A DNA stretch of 54,113 nt, the filler included, from Circinaria calcarea (Eukaryota), in NCBI GenBank assembly GCA_051942165.1. It is 3 parts of 3 records of this genome, joined end to end, with 100 filler letters (N's around TTAATTAATTAA, not from the genome) between each part and the next. Parts side by side here need not be neighbours in the genome. Positions count along the whole stretch, not along the records: positions 1 to 17,982 come from JAVECS010000246.1; positions 18,083 to 36,050 come from JAVECS010000247.1; 1 more part is not named here. One strand, written 5' to 3'. A program made the translations under genes and the position numbers. The number at the start of each line of letters is the position of its first letter. Positions within the stretch are counted from its first letter, which is position 1. The notes below the pieces were generated by a model. It did not search any database and had not been told where the DNA came from. It saw only the letters and a list, made by a program, of their open reading frames with translations. Below, piece after piece: positions 12,490-25,800 of this stretch.

Positions 12490-13322
12490 GATGTCGGCTT
12501 GATTCTGTTTCTGCAGAGATGCTGCGGAGGTTCTAAACGGTTTACTAGGGCGGAGAGTGACGTTTGGGGAGAGGGTCATGTGAAGTCACGTGGCGGATAG
12601 ACTCGGCTGTTCTATGGAAAAGTGAATATTGTATCCCGTTTGGACAAGGCAAAGTTATAACTGTGTACAACAACATCCACCAGGCTGCCATTCCAACGAA
12701 AGTTGGGTTTCCTGAGGTAACGCGCTGCCTGTTGCTGATTACTCTGGCTATCCAAGATCCAATCATCGGTACTGTGTTTGAATCTACAAGGCGTAATGAG
12801 AATTCTGTTTGTAGGGGCGGTATATTGTTCTAGGACCAACTCCGTATTGAAACAAGAGATTCACATATGTGCAACCTCGACCAGGGCTTTTAAGTAGACC
12901 GTTGGTTGGTATCCGTAGACACGTAAATGTAACTCCAAACCACGCGGGAGAGATATCAGGAGGCATTGTAATGCTTCGTGTACACGTACCGGCTTAGATT
13001 AAAATCCTCCGGCTGGAAAGAGTAATGTGTCATTTACGAAAGGTAGCCACCTAAATCAGCAAGCGCCAGGCCGCCTTCCCTGAAAGCTCACAATACGCCC
13101 GCAATAGAGCCACTGGATTTCCCCCAATCGACTGAAAGTAGTCTAGCGCAGGAGAGCCGCACAGCCTTCATCAACTTCGGCGGTCTACCACAACTCAAAG
13201 AACTCCGACTTGAGCCATAGACCATCGCATTTGCAATTGCACCGTCTTGAGACTCATTCTCTCTCACACACTGAAACTAGCCTCTCGATCTCATACACCT
13301 CACCGAAATCACTCTAGACTAG

Positions 13323-13601
13323 GTAAGGGCCGTTTGATATTCCTAGGCAGACCTCAACCCTCAAATCTACTCGCCAGTCAGGACGGTGTCCATCCATCCC
13401 AGTGGAGCGCAGTTCACAGGCTGTTCTGAGAATCTACCTGGGCAGGCAGATCTGCCTTTTGCGCGTTGTCACGAGCGTTCACCGTCTCTACTGCACTGTC
13501 TTGGCCTAAATCCTGGCAATGTTACGCTGGATCAATCATTTCCAGCCTTACACACAGCTCGGACGATCTATAAGAGACCCTTGCTAATCGTGAGAAAACA
13601 G
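13323..13601 (+). other. Probable 5'-UTR intron of the 14-3-3 gene
   Basis: GTAAGG donor at 13323, GCTAAT branch at ~13583 and CAG acceptor ending 13601, 16 nt before the ATG. Confidence 0.6.
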
Positions 13602-13617
13602 ACTACCAACCGCCACG

Positions 13618-14645
<1,028 letters not shown>

Positions 14646-15764
14646 AATTGCTTCTCAAACATCGACAGTTAGTAAATTCTACAGTGGTTTAGAGCTGCGT
14701 GGAGTTAGAATCAGAGCCGAAAAGAAGACAGCAATTCATGTTTCCTAATGAACCCTGCACCCTCTGGCGCCTGATTTGATGCTTCACGTACTAAGCACTG
14801 TGATGTTTTCCTGCCACTCATTCACTCTTGCTTTGTTTTCAACCTCTATCTACGAAGGCGAAAGGTTATTTATGGCGGTGGTGTTTCGAGCGCTTCACAC
14901 GTGTGCGCTGCGTTCCTGGCATCATGAGATAGATTTGTTATGGGCTTGCTCTAGAATACAAATCTAGACATTTCCTTTCGAACGTTTTACCCAGACAGAC
15001 CGACGCGATCCTAGTGAATGTATCACCGTAGACTTTAAAGAAAGCCCGTCTGGCTTGTTCAACCTCGAGGTGGATTGAACGTAGAACCAAGAAATCCCAA
15101 ATGGACGGTGAGTGCGACTCTTATCACTGCAACGGGGACAAGAAGAATCTGCGTGAAATATAGAAACTCCTCCAATCTGCATGATCAGAGATTGGGACCT
15201 CCAGCGCCGCCTTTGCACTCTGATGCTCTCGAGTTTCCTACCACATCGAAATCCTCAGCCCTACGCATTCAACCTTAGCTTTCACTCCGAGTCGAGGTGT
15301 GTTGTTCAGACCAACGAAGTGAGCTCCTCCATCAAATTAACCGATATCTATGCAAAGCAAAGGCCTGCAAGTCTTCCGCCACATTCACGATCGCTTTGGG
15401 AGATCATCACCTATTTTCTTGAATCTACCAGCCACTTGATTTTCCGCACCTCATGGCTTCTAGCCTCTTCTTCGAAATTCACTGATTACCATGCTCTCCA
15501 TTGTTCTGCATCTATATATCCATGACTGAATGTCTCATCCAGACTCTCCTTGGTCTTTCATCTTTCACACCTTACACGAGTGAGACCTACTGCGTACCCA
15601 AGATTACTCACTTTTCACTCAATCACAATCTTGGAAGCATACTTGAGGTCTAGCACGTACTATCCCAATTCATAACCCTTCAGATTTCGCCTTAGCAGAT
15701 CTACCAAACCCTGAATAGTCTCTGCGCATCTTCACATCTGAATCTCAACTCTACGGTTCGTATT

Positions 15765-17309
15765 ATGGCTCCAAGCAAACCAAAGACTAACTCAGGACGT
15801 GGACGTGGACGTGGCCGTCCGAGCAAGTCACATCACAAGGACCTGATCACGAAATTGAACAAGGAAAGCGGAGCTGGAGATGGAGCAAGCACTAAGAATG
15901 GGCCTGGGCGTCCAAGGAAATCTCCGAAGACGGTTGAGGTACCTAAGTCGAAGGAAGAGGAGAAACATCAAGAGTCCGAAAATGATGATGTCGAGAACCC
16001 TGATCTGGCGGAGAACGAGGATGGCACCGGAGCTGGGGCTACGGATACGAAGACTGAGGCGAAGCGTCCACGCGGTAGACCAAGGAAGTACCCAAAGACG
16101 ATTGATGAGGAAGTAGCGGTTGAAGACGGGATGGACCATGGTAACGCTGATAAGGATGTTGATGACGACGCTGGTGATGATAGTAGTAATGAACAAGATG
16201 CTGATCTTGAGGAGGATACCATTATTGTGGGAAATGGGAAGGAAGGGGAGACCAAACGTCCTAGGGGTCGCCCAAAAAAGCATACGACACTTTCAGATGA
16301 TACCTCTGTCACTCCTCTCTCATACCGAAGGTCCAACGCTACCGTCGAAGCACTCGTCCCAGCTATTGTGACCCAGACTGGAGCTGTCGCCAAGCGTCGC
16401 CGTGGGAGACCCAGGAAGAATCCGGAAGCAGTGGTCGAAGACGCCGATGAAGATGTCGAGTCTGACAATGCTAACAACCATTTCTCGCCGATCAACAAGA
16501 AGACCTCAAACACCGAGCGTTCCCGCGGTCAGCGTCCGAGAAAACAACAGAAGCTTATGTGTGCTGCGGGTTTGGAGAGCGACACAAAAGTCCACGATGG
16601 GCCCATTCATTCCTCTGAAGAAATCCCATCGTTTTCTAAACTTCCTTTCCCCCCCCCATCTTCTGACGGCGACACTGTCGAAGGCGCTCCCATCGATGAC
16701 CCTGATCCCAACGTGGAAGACATGCATATCCCAAATGACCAACTCGACGGATCTGAAAATGACCAGGCCGCGACGATGACGCACGTACTGGTGTCGTACC
16801 CAGGAGCAAAGGAAGGGGAAGGAGTCTACAGACCTATTGATACCAATGTAGTTCAACAGAGAAAAAAGAAGAAAACTGCGAATGAGATCGACAAGCCTTT
16901 CGATGGAAAGGGGAAGGGGAAGGATCCGGAAACGACGCAGGAAGCCAACTCCCCCAATGCGGATGAAATCCACCCAGAAACAGGCAAACACCCAAATTTA
17001 GCACGTCTCGCCGCCAGCATCTTCGAAACCGACGGCACGAACGAATACAAAGCTGAAAACACCCCGACCACCGACCACAACGACACCTCCTTGGTCAACC
17101 CTTACAAAGCACCGGATGCGATCATGGTCCCCGGGGATCACGGGTTGGATAGCCCATCGATGCAGCTAGTCTCCGAGACGAGCGAGAACAATCCAGGGCC
17201 GCTCTATTCGTTCCTGGATCCGGCAGACGGGCAGGATCAGGCGATTAGTATGGCGCATGCCGCGCTTGAGGAAGCGGATCACGGACCTTCTGCGGTCCTG
17301 GGATCCTAG
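15765..17309 (+). CDS. Acidic, probably disordered multi-AT-hook DNA-binding protein (514 aa, intronless)
   Basis: AT-hook cores RGRPSK, PGRPRK, KRPRGRPRK, KRPRGRPKK and KRRRGRPRK separated by D/E-rich spacers; basic NLS-like RKKKK. Confidence 0.8.
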   Translation: MAPSKPKTNSGRGRGRGRPSKSHHKDLITKLNKESGAGDGASTKNGPGRPRKSPKTVEVPKSKEEEKHQESENDDVENPDLAENEDGTGAGATDTKTEAKRPRGRPRKYPKTIDEEVAVEDGMDHGNADKDVDDDAGDDSSNEQDADLEEDTIIVGNGKEGETKRPRGRPKKHTTLSDDTSVTPLSYRRSNATVEALVPAIVTQTGAVAKRRRGRPRKNPEAVVEDADEDVESDNANNHFSPINKKTSNTERSRGQRPRKQQKLMCAAGLESDTKVHDGPIHSSEEIPSFSKLPFPPPSSDGDTVEGAPIDDPDPNVEDMHIPNDQLDGSENDQAATMTHVLVSYPGAKEGEGVYRPIDTNVVQQRKKKKTANEIDKPFDGKGKGKDPETTQEANSPNADEIHPETGKHPNLARLAASIFETDGTNEYKAENTPTTDHNDTSLVNPYKAPDAIMVPGDHGLDSPSMQLVSETSENNPGPLYSFLDPADGQDQAISMAHAALEEADHGPSAVLGS

Positions 17310-17982
17310 ATCCTAGATCCGCAACCTAGAGTTGGAGGAAGTGTTTCGTTCCGACGGACATTCACGACAGGAGGCGGTTCTAAGGACTGAAGATTGAGCG
17401 TTAACTTCGTAGGAGGGGAGCTAGACGTACCAAGCTTGAAACGGGAGATGTTGGGCTCTTTTTCGGTTTTTCTCGAACGCTTCACGGGTGTCCAATTGGT
17501 TGGCTCTCAGGGCCGATGTTTTGGACGTGGAGACGAACGACAAACTACAGAAAGAATCAATCTAAGCTCCCCTCGAAGGATTCCTTGAAAGAAAAAAAAG
17601 GGGCGAAATTGCGCTTTGGTTTTAGCTATCGCTCCGTTTTTTTTTTTTTGCCGGGACTCCAACTTCCCCAACCATGGGGGAAGAAGGGGGGTTTGGTTAA
17701 GCAGCATAGCAACGGGCATTACCATAGTGCTACCTAGCTAGTTAGTCAGTTATGGTAGCTATTCCCCCACAAAAATCGCAATTCTCATGAAAACCAACCA
17801 ACCCCTCCCCTTTTCTTGGCGTTACCCCTTGAAAAATACTCCCGTAGAAACTCTTTGAATTGTTTTGTGTAAAAAAATCCACATACACACACACTTTGCT
17901 CTAACAAGTACGGAGAGCATCCGGTTTTTAACCGAGTATGGTATGGTAGGTCCGTTTCCCAGTTTGCAGCTCGCCCCAGGGG

Positions 17983-18082
17983 NNNNNNNNNNNNNNNNNN
18001 NNNNNNNNNNNNNNNNNNNNNNNNNNTTAATTAATTAANNNNNNNNNNNNNNNNNNNNNNNNNNNNNNNNNNNNNNNNNNNN
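17983..18082. other. Artificial contig-join spacer (44 N + TTAATTAATTAA + 44 N)
   Basis: Exactly 100 bp with a six-frame stop linker at 18027-18038; identical structure at 36051-36150. Confidence 0.97.
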
Positions 18083-19340
18083 ATTCCTAGCGGATGGAGT
18101 CTTTCGAATGGTTCAGGGTGCGGCGGGAGAGTTCGCGCTCTTGGAAAGCCCAGCCACGGCTGCTGGCACGATCTTGTTGCAGGATGCTTATGGTGGCTTT
18201 TCCGAGCAAGGAGAAGACGCGGACTTTTTGGACAGCAGGGTTTCCGTTCTCGTTTGTTTCGTTGAAAGAAAGTATCACAGGTCCGTATGGCTCAGAGTCT
18301 AGATCTACGTGACAGCCCTCGTTGCCGTTGGCCAATAATGAGGCCGCGATGGTGTAGTAGGCGTTGGAGTAAACGGAGGCCATCTGGGCCGCTTCTTTCT
18401 CCCAGTCTTCTTTGGAGTCCTGAATAATGCATATAGAGTCTATCCATACATATCGAACATACATTCTCTGGGTAATGCCGATAAAATCAGCAAAAGTCCT
18501 AGATAGACCTGCCATTGGGATTCCTTGTAGGCGTTCATCTACTGTGGATAAAGTAGTGGGTGGCCGTTGGGGGCATGGTTAGACCCCAAGAATGGCTTAG
18601 TGCTAGATATGGATAAGCTGTAGTTCCCAATTAACGGTCTGTGAAGTTGAGATTCGCTGTCAGAACAAGACGAGGCTCCTAATTTTCGGCGTTGCTAACA
18701 TTAATAGCCCTTACGGGCATGAAACCCGGTTCACCGCTAACACAGTCGGAATGATTCTCCTGGGCAGTTATCCAACCAGTACTTGATAACTGGTATCTCC
18801 TTATCCAAATTCCACCCTGAAGTCGGAGGAGTTTTGGTTCACCTTTACGGAGCAGCCACAACCCGTTATCTCACTCGGAAATTCCAAATAAGGAGTCTCT
18901 ACCATTCCGGCGGGGACCAGTTTTCTCTCTAAACTTGCCCGGCCTGTCTATAGCCCAATCTGGACATTGCTGCTCATTAAACTTGATACCGCTGACAGTC
19001 ACCGAACCCGTTTCCGAGCAAGGGCCCCGAATCCGCGAATCGCGTTCCCCGTCTTCAGTCTGTTTCCGGATCGCATGCAAGGAAGGAGTAGCTCGCAACA
19101 GCTCATAGCCCGCTGCCCCCCTGAGTCTTGCAAGGCTGAGAATGAGGGATGAATGATCTATTGTACGTTGTTTGTCCCGATCTGTGGAAAAAGAGCTTCA
19201 GCGGTATAGTTGGCACAGAATGTGCATAAGCCCAATCGCGGTGTGAGCCCACGATAAGGGGGGAAATATTTTTATAGTTCGCCGTAGGTCGGGATGTCCG
19301 CTGCCAAGGTCTTTGCCGTCCCATGTGCTAGATTTTGTAG
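18083..19340 (-). pseudogene. HET-domain (heterokaryon incompatibility) protein pseudogene, cut by the contig end
   Basis: HET motifs YLALSHSWG, RYVWIDSICIIQDSKEDWEKEAAQMASVYSNAYYTIAA and SRGWAFQERELSRR. An N-terminal LCTFC..HPSFSAL segment. Motifs lie in different frames, and TAG at 18087-18089 occupies the usual W of the WEC motif. Confidence 0.8.
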
Positions 19341-19516
19341 CGATACGAGAGAAATACTCCATAAAACCAGTAATAAGAACTATTTTGTGTGTTAGCGGAG
19401 GCGAAGGATTGGGATCGAGGGGATGGTCTTTTAAACGCCATGCTTGCAGAACCAGAACCAGAATTACAATTATATATTGGGAACAATGATCATATTAGAT
19501 TTAGGCCGGTTCTACT

Positions 19517-20954
19517 TCATACTTCTAATTGCTCGATTTTGACCATCTTCAAAATCCCTCCCGGTGGTACAGCGTCATCCCTTCCAGGTTTCAGTTGGTC
19601 GCCTGTGGAACCATCCTCTTCACCTCCCTTAATCTCATTGACAAAGGTATTCGGAGGTATCCTGACACCGGTTTCAGCAGACCGACGACTGCTTCTCAGC
19701 TCAAAATAATCTCTTTCAGCGGTTGCTCTGTCTTTGGCTGTGCCCATAAAGCCAAAGGGAGAATGTGGATTGTTGCCGCGATACTTGGCGCTGCTGATGA
19801 CAGTGTTCGAGGGCGGCTTTCTGAGACGAGGCTTCAAAATAGCCGGTAAGGTAGGGAGGCAGATGATCATGACGCCTGTAGCAAGCTCGGCGGTACTATC
19901 AACTTTAGTTCGAGCAAAGATGTTATTTGGGGATAAGGGGGAACAAACGCCCATAGCGCCAATACTGTTTGGTTATATGATTGATCAGAATTCGAAGTCA
20001 GCTGATAGCGCTTAACGAGCCCAATGATACTGAAAATAGGTGCACTATTTTTGAAAATACAGTCAGAAAATATATGAATTGCAATTGAATAACAGCACTT
20101 ACATAAGTCCCACGGTGAAAACACTATAGATTCCTACTTTCCGCTTTCGGTGCATTTGCAAATTCCAAACACCCTTCAATGGCACTAATAAAATACAAAC
20201 ATCCGATACGGAATTGAAAATACCACTAGTGCCAAGTAAAATAGAGAGGTCGACGCAGTGTCCCGGGATATCTCTATCCCATATTCGCGCCCTTGGAAGG
20301 CATTGGCAGATTTTGGCAATAGTAATAGCGAAGTAGAACGCGTAAATGATATAGAGGAATGCTTTCACAGCGACATCGAACTTATTCCAGCGATGCGGTG
20401 AGAAAACGCGGAGATAAAGGAGCAAGATCGCTGACTTTATGCATGCGGCTGCTGGACCATAGCAGATTTGGATGATGTTCACGAACTGTTGAAAACCAAT
20501 TAGCAGGCGAGGGAAATCCAGTCGAAGGTCTTTACTATACGTAAAGGATAGAGACAACTTCCGGCTTTGTCAAGTTCCACTCGTGAACACCCCCATGTTT
20601 AGACACAATGGTACTGAGGAGGCCAGAGTATATTGCTAGTTCAATCTGTAACAAAATTAGCGTATAGTGCTGTAATGAAGTACTCCGTGCTCACGAAAGC
20701 AAAACAGCACAAATCTGTAGATGATTAATGTCTATACTTTAGCGCCTAAGACGTCGAGGCATACAATCTTCTAGGATCCAAACCCGTTTGATCCGTATCC
20801 TTATATACACTCTAAGAATGACCATGATGCCGGGAATCAAGAGACATGCCGTTTGGCAGAGGACATTCCACTTCCACAAAGTATTAGAATACAGAAAGTT
20901 TGTCGTCTCGCCTGGGGGCGGATGAAGCGCTGGAGTAGATGAAGAAGAAGCCAT
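19517..20954 (-). CDS. PTH11-like (fungal rhodopsin-domain) integral membrane protein without CFEM
   Basis: PALHPPPGETTNF N-terminus, LRVYIR..LED, GVHEW, IKSAILLLYLRVF, CQCLP..IWD...GHC, SDVCILLVPLKGVWNLQM..KRK and AELATGVMIICLP. Six exons splice in frame. Confidence 0.88.
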
Positions 20955-21946
20955 GGGAATTGCGATACGCTCAGTGCCGACCGTAGGTATCCGGAGCTCT
21001 AAAATCAGGGCATCCCGATAAGTTTAGGAGTGTTGGAGGGTACGCCCCGTAACCTGTGTCTCATCAGCCTCCGGGCTGGGTGGGTGCTGATTCCCGAAGA
21101 GATGGAACGTGGGGTAAACAAAGTGGCATCCCTGGAGAATTAAGGTGCATATACGAAGAAAACCTCTGTGGTTACCTCGAACACTGTCCCACCACAATTG
21201 AGGAGCTTAATGCCTCTTGTTCTCTTAGGCTGCCACGGCCAGAATGAGGGCGTAGGTCTAGGCCAATGATTGAATGATAAGTGTGAGGGGGGAAGATAAA
21301 TCTGGGTGTTAGATGGATGATATTGATGCATGAGCTGCCCTGCTGAAGTAGGACCCGAGGCAATTAATCCAGCATCTCCCACACTTTTTGATATGTCCAT
21401 GCTCATTGGATGATTCGACCAAAGTTACGAGTTTGGTACTGCAGGGACCCGCTATCCCTCAGGATAAGCAAGCGAGCGGTGCGAGGTATTTGTTGGCCCG
21501 CAACAAAGGAATGCCTGCTTCTCCTGAGCTAGCGTTTGAGGGTGACATTCTTCTTGAGGTAACGCATGTGGCATCAACCTTGCCTACATGTACTCTGGAA
21601 GTGCTGTCGTTGTGCGATCTTTGTCGAGGCTGACGAAGGCATCCTCGCCATTTTCCATGTCACACGCTTTCCTTCTTCCTTCCTGACTATGCGCTCCGTG
21701 ACTGTGTTGGTTTCCATACAATTCTCCTAAACCTACAGCTTTCTTTCGTCGCAACTGCACCCAGCGTTTCAGCTAGTCCGTCTTTCGTCTCTCCCCGGTA
21801 CTCAACATTTGGTGTTAGGCCTTCCCGTCAAGGTTTTGTCCAACTCATCAACGTCTATCCATCAAGGTAGCACCTGGTCTCAACACTCCCAATCATGTCT
21901 TGGGTCTATCACCCCTGACAAGCTCGTACCTAATGGTGTTGGGGAA

Positions 21947-22663
21947 ATGGACTCTCCTGCGAAATACCCTCCTTTGGTCAATGAGAAGGCGACCTCTTCT
22001 ACGCAATGTCCTCCTTCAAGAGACGAGAAGGCATTGATCAGAAAGCTAGATTTTAGAATACTACCTATACTGTTTATCGTTTACGCGGCAGCTTTCTTGG
22101 ATCGGTTAGCTTACAGAACGCTATGGGACGATTGCATAGCGATACTAATTATCTATATAATGTCAATATATCCAACGCTCTTATGTTGGACCTGCCAAAA
22201 GACTTGAAGCTTGTGGGCACTCAACAAAACGTTGCGCTTTCAATCTTCTTTCTCCCATATATACTCTTCGAAATCCCTTCGAACGTTTTGCTGAAACGTT
22301 TCAAACCCCATAAATTGCGTAAGTCATCTTCGTGAAGCTGTTGTTTAGGAAACTTGTCTGACTTATTAGTAAATAGTATCTGGTTGTATTCTGGTATTCG
22401 GCGTCCTTGTACTAGCCCAAGGATTTGGTACGTAACCTCTTGGCTTCGTTCGTTATAGGAGCATGACTGAAATTGGGCATTTCAAACTTAATCGGGCCTT
22501 CTTGCAACTCGATTCCTCTTGGGCCTTGCAGAAACCGGGGTCTTCCCAGGCACTATGTCCCATCAGTGATTGAACTTCAGCAAAACTACAACTTACTAAC
22601 CTTATAGGCTTCTATAGTATTAGCTTTTGGTACAGGTGCGAAGAAGCCCAACAGCGATTTAAT
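21947..22663 (+). pseudogene. Truncated MFS transporter relic (anion:cation symporter, Dal5/Tna1-like)
   Basis: LIRKLDFRILP..FLDR|VNISNA..SIFFLPYILFEIPSNVLLKRF..GLLATRFLLGLAETGVFPG..SFWYR.EEAQQRF, then similarity stops after about four TM segments. The first intron acceptor reads AA instead of AG at 22159-22160. Confidence 0.8.
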
Positions 22664-22857
22664 AATCTATTCACCGAAAGATGCCATCCAACTTACGCTT
22701 GGTCTTGAAGATACATGTATGTCCAAAATCGACAACACCTGATACAACGACAGAAGGCTGGTTTAGCTTGACTATGCAGTACTTGCTAAATGATCAAGTC
22801 GTAAATGTTCAATCAACGCACAGGGTTTATCGCCTTATTCATCCCTGATTACGAAAG

Positions 22858-25800
22858 TTACTCTACAGGTACTAGCCCGGTAATCTCAGCAGTGTGACTT
22901 GCGCTATCTGAGTTGTCGTCGTCATCAACCTCTATAGCTTCTTCCTCTGCTTCTTCGTCACCGCCTCCAAATTGGCTTTGATCGATGTTCGAAACGTCCG
23001 AAACACCCGACACAGAAGAAGCAGCGTCGTCCGGTACGTTTTCTGCTGTAAAGAGGTGCTTCTGATGCACTACATCTCTAGAGCGGTAACATTTGAAACA
23101 CAATACGAAGGTCAGACACTCAGTACATTGATAGAATATGCCGGCAATGCCCTGGGAATTCCTATTAGCATGTATTTATATAATAATTGAACTGAGGCCT
23201 ACCAGAAGACAGGCATCACAGAATGCACGTTCGCACCTTTTTGCCACTTGGGGTTTCGCCGAAAGGGACTCTCGCCAAAATATCTTATAATTGCTCTTAG
23301 CGATCTGCTTATCGGTCGGTTCAACGAGTTTCACAATCTCGTCCGCCAGTCCATAGTATTTTGCAAGTTTGAACGGCGTCCATATCCTATCAAGCCCTTC
23401 ACCCCTGTCCATTATATCGGCGCCGTTTTTCTTTAAGATCTCGATAATCGCTGCTCGTTCCGAGGTCTGGGTATCCCAAATAAAGCACTCCCGGACTGCC
23501 CAGAAGAGTGGAGTCCATTCATCGCAGTCCCTTTCCTTGGCAAGACCGGGCTGTTCATCCAAGACGTACTTAACAATATCCAGCTGACCACTAATGACCG
23601 CAAAATGGAGCGCGTTTCGTTGCATAACATCAGTAACTAGTAGCTCAGCCCCCTGATCACGGAGGCACTTCACATGGTCGAGCGTCCGATATAAGGCAAA
23701 GTGAATCGGCCTCCGTCCTATGTTATCCTCAACGTTCACGTCGGCTCCACGTTTGATGAGCAGATCGACGATACTAGGATCAGTCATTAGGCAGGCTGTA
23801 TTCAAGTTGCTGCCCCACAAACTACTTGTCTGTTGGACATCGACCATTTCATTCTCCAATAGGTACGATAGCAAATCCGATTTCGCGTCGGTTGTGTTCT
23901 GGCATGCTGCTTGGAATATTGTGCCGTTCGTTCCTTGGTCAACGTGTTTGGTATCTCCGCCTTTTTTGATGAGCATCTTGACCATCTCTAAGGTCGCTGA
24001 TTGGCAAGCTAAGAACAATGGTGTGCCGCCGTAAAGAATTGATTGATTGATATTTGCCCCTTCGGAAACCAGAGATTTTGCTAAATCAACATCGCCAGAC
24101 CGTACTGCATTCGCAAGAGGCGTGTCACCCCAGTTGTCGGCAGTGTCTACTTGAGCTCCGCGTCTGATCAACAGACGAAGAGCTGGAATATCTCTTGCGC
24201 TTTCTAATGAGTTTAGGGCCGTTGACCCAGAGCCGTCCTTGTACTCAATATCGAAGTTGTAGAGCAAAAGCTTACGTAGAAGGTCTACCTGTCCTTGGGT
24301 GATACAGCGATGAAGAAGAAGAGCATTGGCACTCTTTGTAGCAGCGTGACAAGGATCGGTACCAGCATCCAAAAGCATGGATGCAATGGCCTCGTGACCT
24401 TTGTCAACAGCTTCGAAAAGGATCGTCGTGTCGTCAATCATGTAGTTGAGATCAGAGTGGTACTTTAGTATCTCCGCGACGGATTCTTGGTATCCCCATC
24501 TCGAGGCCCAGTACAATGGTGTTTTGCCGACTTTTGATCGCGCATTGAAATCTGCTCCAGCGGCAAGAAGGAGCTTTAGAACGTCAGGGTTGTCACATGC
24601 GGCTTGTATCGGCAACCATCCGTCATCATCATCCTCGGGGATGTTCATGTCTGCATTGGCCTCCAGCAATGCCTCCAATATCTTGGTATACCCGCTGTAT
24701 GCGGCATGATATAACGGAGTCCGGGTACCTTTGATATTTCTCTTGTTAACATCCGCCCCCATTTGAATAAGCGTTCTGGAGACCGTTTCGTCATTTCGTT
24801 CTACGGCCATTGCTAATAGGCTTGTCAACCCCTCCGTCATTACGACTTCATTGACGCGCTTTCGTCCCTCGTCAATAAGTAGCTCTATTACTCTCAAACT
24901 TACGTTAGATGTTCCCTGAGCTTGAGCGAGAATAGTTGGAAAAGTTGTATCGTCAAGTACAGTGCCGCTCGACAGCAAGTCTTGGACGATACTAAAATTG
25001 CCACTGCTCGTTGCTCGAATCAGAAGCTCGTTTCTGTTCAAGTTGACATCACCCTGCCCCGGGGAGTCTGTTTGGCCAAAGGCTTGGAGAAGTACCCGGA
25101 AGCATTTTGGTCTCAGCAGAGAGATAGAGCTGTGTAAAAGTGCTTCTGCCAAGGACTGATACGTGTTATGCTTGTTGAGAACCTCTAGCACAGATTGAAG
25201 CACATTATACTGACCGTTATTCAATGCATTCTGAAGGATTACTTTTCCGTATTCCGAGCCAGAAGGAGCTTCGTCCGTCAACATCTCAGACGCTGAGTCG
25301 GTATTCGTTTGAGCGGGCGTTTTCTGCAGGTTAATCATTGAGACCCCCGTCAGATTTTGTTGGAAATTGCCGGGATAATTAAAAGAGTCTTTATCTGTAT
25401 TCTTAAACTGATAAGCAGTCGGTGGTCCGTCAACCTCGTGCTCTAGTCCATTCGTTGCTTTGTGTGGCCCATTCGTGAGGTCGGTTTTTGCATTAGCTTT
25501 TGCTTTTTCTATTACCAGCAGCTTGCTCAGTAACACACTAGAGATAATTGCGTGCCCATTTCGACAGGCTTGCAGTGTAGCTTCGAAGATTTCGTTTTCG
25601 TCTATATCTCCCTCAAAATGTTCCAGCAGATAGTTTACAGCCTTAGTGTCACCACCTGTACACGCAGCTAGAAGGAGTTCCTTTTTTCTCTTCTTTTCGA
25701 CATTATTCCACGATAGATGGGAAAGTATCCTGAGGGCAACGCCTTCTTGCCCTATTGCCAGCGCCTGAGGCAAGGCTACAGAAAAGCATGTGGATGGGTT

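Noticed and set aside
18027..18038. Palindromic TTAATTAATTAA as a piggyBac TTAA target or other biological site
   Set aside because: It is centred in N-runs and repeated identically in both gaps, so it is a synthetic linker.
18087..18089. TAG at a conserved Trp position of the HET gene as an A-to-I editing-corrected premature stop
   Set aside because: The same gene has frameshifts and another stop upstream, so ordinary pseudogenisation is the simpler explanation.
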